Under the pieces are notes generated by a model. The model did no database searches, was not told the DNA's origin, and saw only the letters and a program-made list of their open reading frames with translations. The position numbers and the translations under genes were made by a program. A stretch of 64,000 nucleotides of DNA from Octopus sinensis (lineage: Eukaryota): assembly GCF_006345805.1 (NCBI RefSeq), contig NC_043000.1, forward strand, positions 71,424,001 through 71,488,000, given 5' to 3'. Shown piece by piece: positions 62,601 to 64,000 of the stretch. Numbering within the stretch: position 1 is the stretch's first letter; each line of letters starts with the position of its first letter.

Positions 62601-64000
62601 GAAAGGATGATGGAGATAAGGAGTCAGGGCATACTCTTAATGTACAAGACAGTAAATATAAGATAAAATAAGGACAAAAAAGAAAATGAAGATGGTTGGA
62701 GGGTAGGTTTGCGAGGTAGAAGATAGTTAGAGATGGGGACAGAGCTGAGTGTACTGAATGGTGAACACAGGTGGAGAAATGGTCAACGGTGAATCTCATT
62801 TGGATGGGGGGTGTCAGGGAGGAGAAAGTAATAAGTAGCAGTACATAGGGGTAGGTGAGGGCAGTGGAAAACAACAGTATAATAAAACCATAGATGAAAA
62901 ATATGGAGATGATGTGAAGTGGTGGGGAGAGAGAGAGAAGGATGCAGTGGCAGAGGTTAGAGGTACATAGGGATTGATATAGCAAGTGACAAATGAGTGG
63001 TTGGGATTGGAGATAAATATAAAAGGGCATTTAATGAAAAATAAAGTGGTAAGAGATGATATAGGGAATACAGGATGGGTAACAAGAAAAATGGTTCCAA
63101 GTGGAAAGAGAACTGGTTGCACAAAAGATGGGAATGAAATATGTGCAGTTCTGCTCTCATGTAAATAGTGCCATTGCTGGAAGTGAACTGGAGAGATGGG
63201 TGTGATGGAGATGGGTTGTGAAGAAAGCTTGACAAGTACACATTGGCTGTAGGGCCATAAACATTTATGATATGCATTTAGGACCTCATTTTTGTTGAGG
63301 TGGACAGATCTTTCACATTTCCAATGACAACATATAAACTATAGTCACCAAGGTGGCATTTTATCAATTTATCCTGTAGCAACTTTCACAACAGATGAAA
63401 TGAAAGATTAGACAACTGAAAAGAACATAACTTTTTTGATACTTAAAACATGGAACACGTTGTGAGAAAAATAGTGACTTAAGTCTGAAAGTAGTGATTG
63501 TGGACCTCAGAATTATCTTTTGACAATATGATAAAAAAGAAACATCTTAAAAATCAGTTGTTTCAAATGGTGTATGTGCAAACATACCACAGAAAAACTA
63601 AAGCAAATATTGCTGTTCCTTGCTAAAGACGCAATATTTTAACTGGTATAATGGAACTGCATTCTATCTCCAATGAAACATTTATAAGATTTATTGGTTG
63701 TATATTCTTTGAACGATATTAATACTTGCTTATTCATGATCCAAGAACGCTGGCAGAAGGTAAAAAAAAAGGTCGTTGTACTGTGTGTATTAAAGATATA
63801 TACATAGCTTAATGCTACTTCCCTCTGATTAAAACTGATTATGATTAATCTTTAATCTTCCCATTTTGGACTCTAGAGTTCCAAGAGTATCACATATGAA
63901 AAATTTTTAATAATTAATCATTTTTTTATAAACTCATTTTTAGATAATAGGGTATTTTAGGGCAAAATAATGTCAAATTACTCTGTGGAAGAAACCAGAG

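Noticed and set aside
63230-63400. HIINVYGPT resembling an APE endonuclease motif
   Set aside because: Single motif with no supporting context.

Overview
AT-rich eukaryotic DNA, densely packed with microsatellites and transposon relics. The SINE, RTE-tail and microsatellite repertoire looks like an octopus (coleoid cephalopod) genome; this is inferred from repeat recognition, not a database hit. I could not recognise any host protein-coding gene or intact ORF, and most long ORFs in the track are microsatellite read-throughs. Supported elements: a near-full-length mariner with TIRs and TA TSD, several mariner/maT/hAT relics, an AcademX-like transposase carrying a nested hAT MITE and a solo LTR, a Gypsy integrase plus 3' LTR interrupted by a second copy of that solo LTR, autonomous and non-autonomous Helitrons, RTE, CR1, R4/Dong and HERO LINE relics, several Penelope-like relics, tRNA-derived SINEs and MITEs. 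The most striking unexplained signal is a set of type I hammerhead ribozyme motifs from several unrelated short repeat families. One is canonical (50698-50749, minus strand) in a 387-nt terminally redundant unit, and another sits in a 262-nt head-to-tail dimer; both resemble retrozymes or Penelope pseudo-LTRs. The window also has many long fold-back inverted repeats and a sharp CpG-rich block (about 17.6-41.4 kb) between CpG-depleted flanks.
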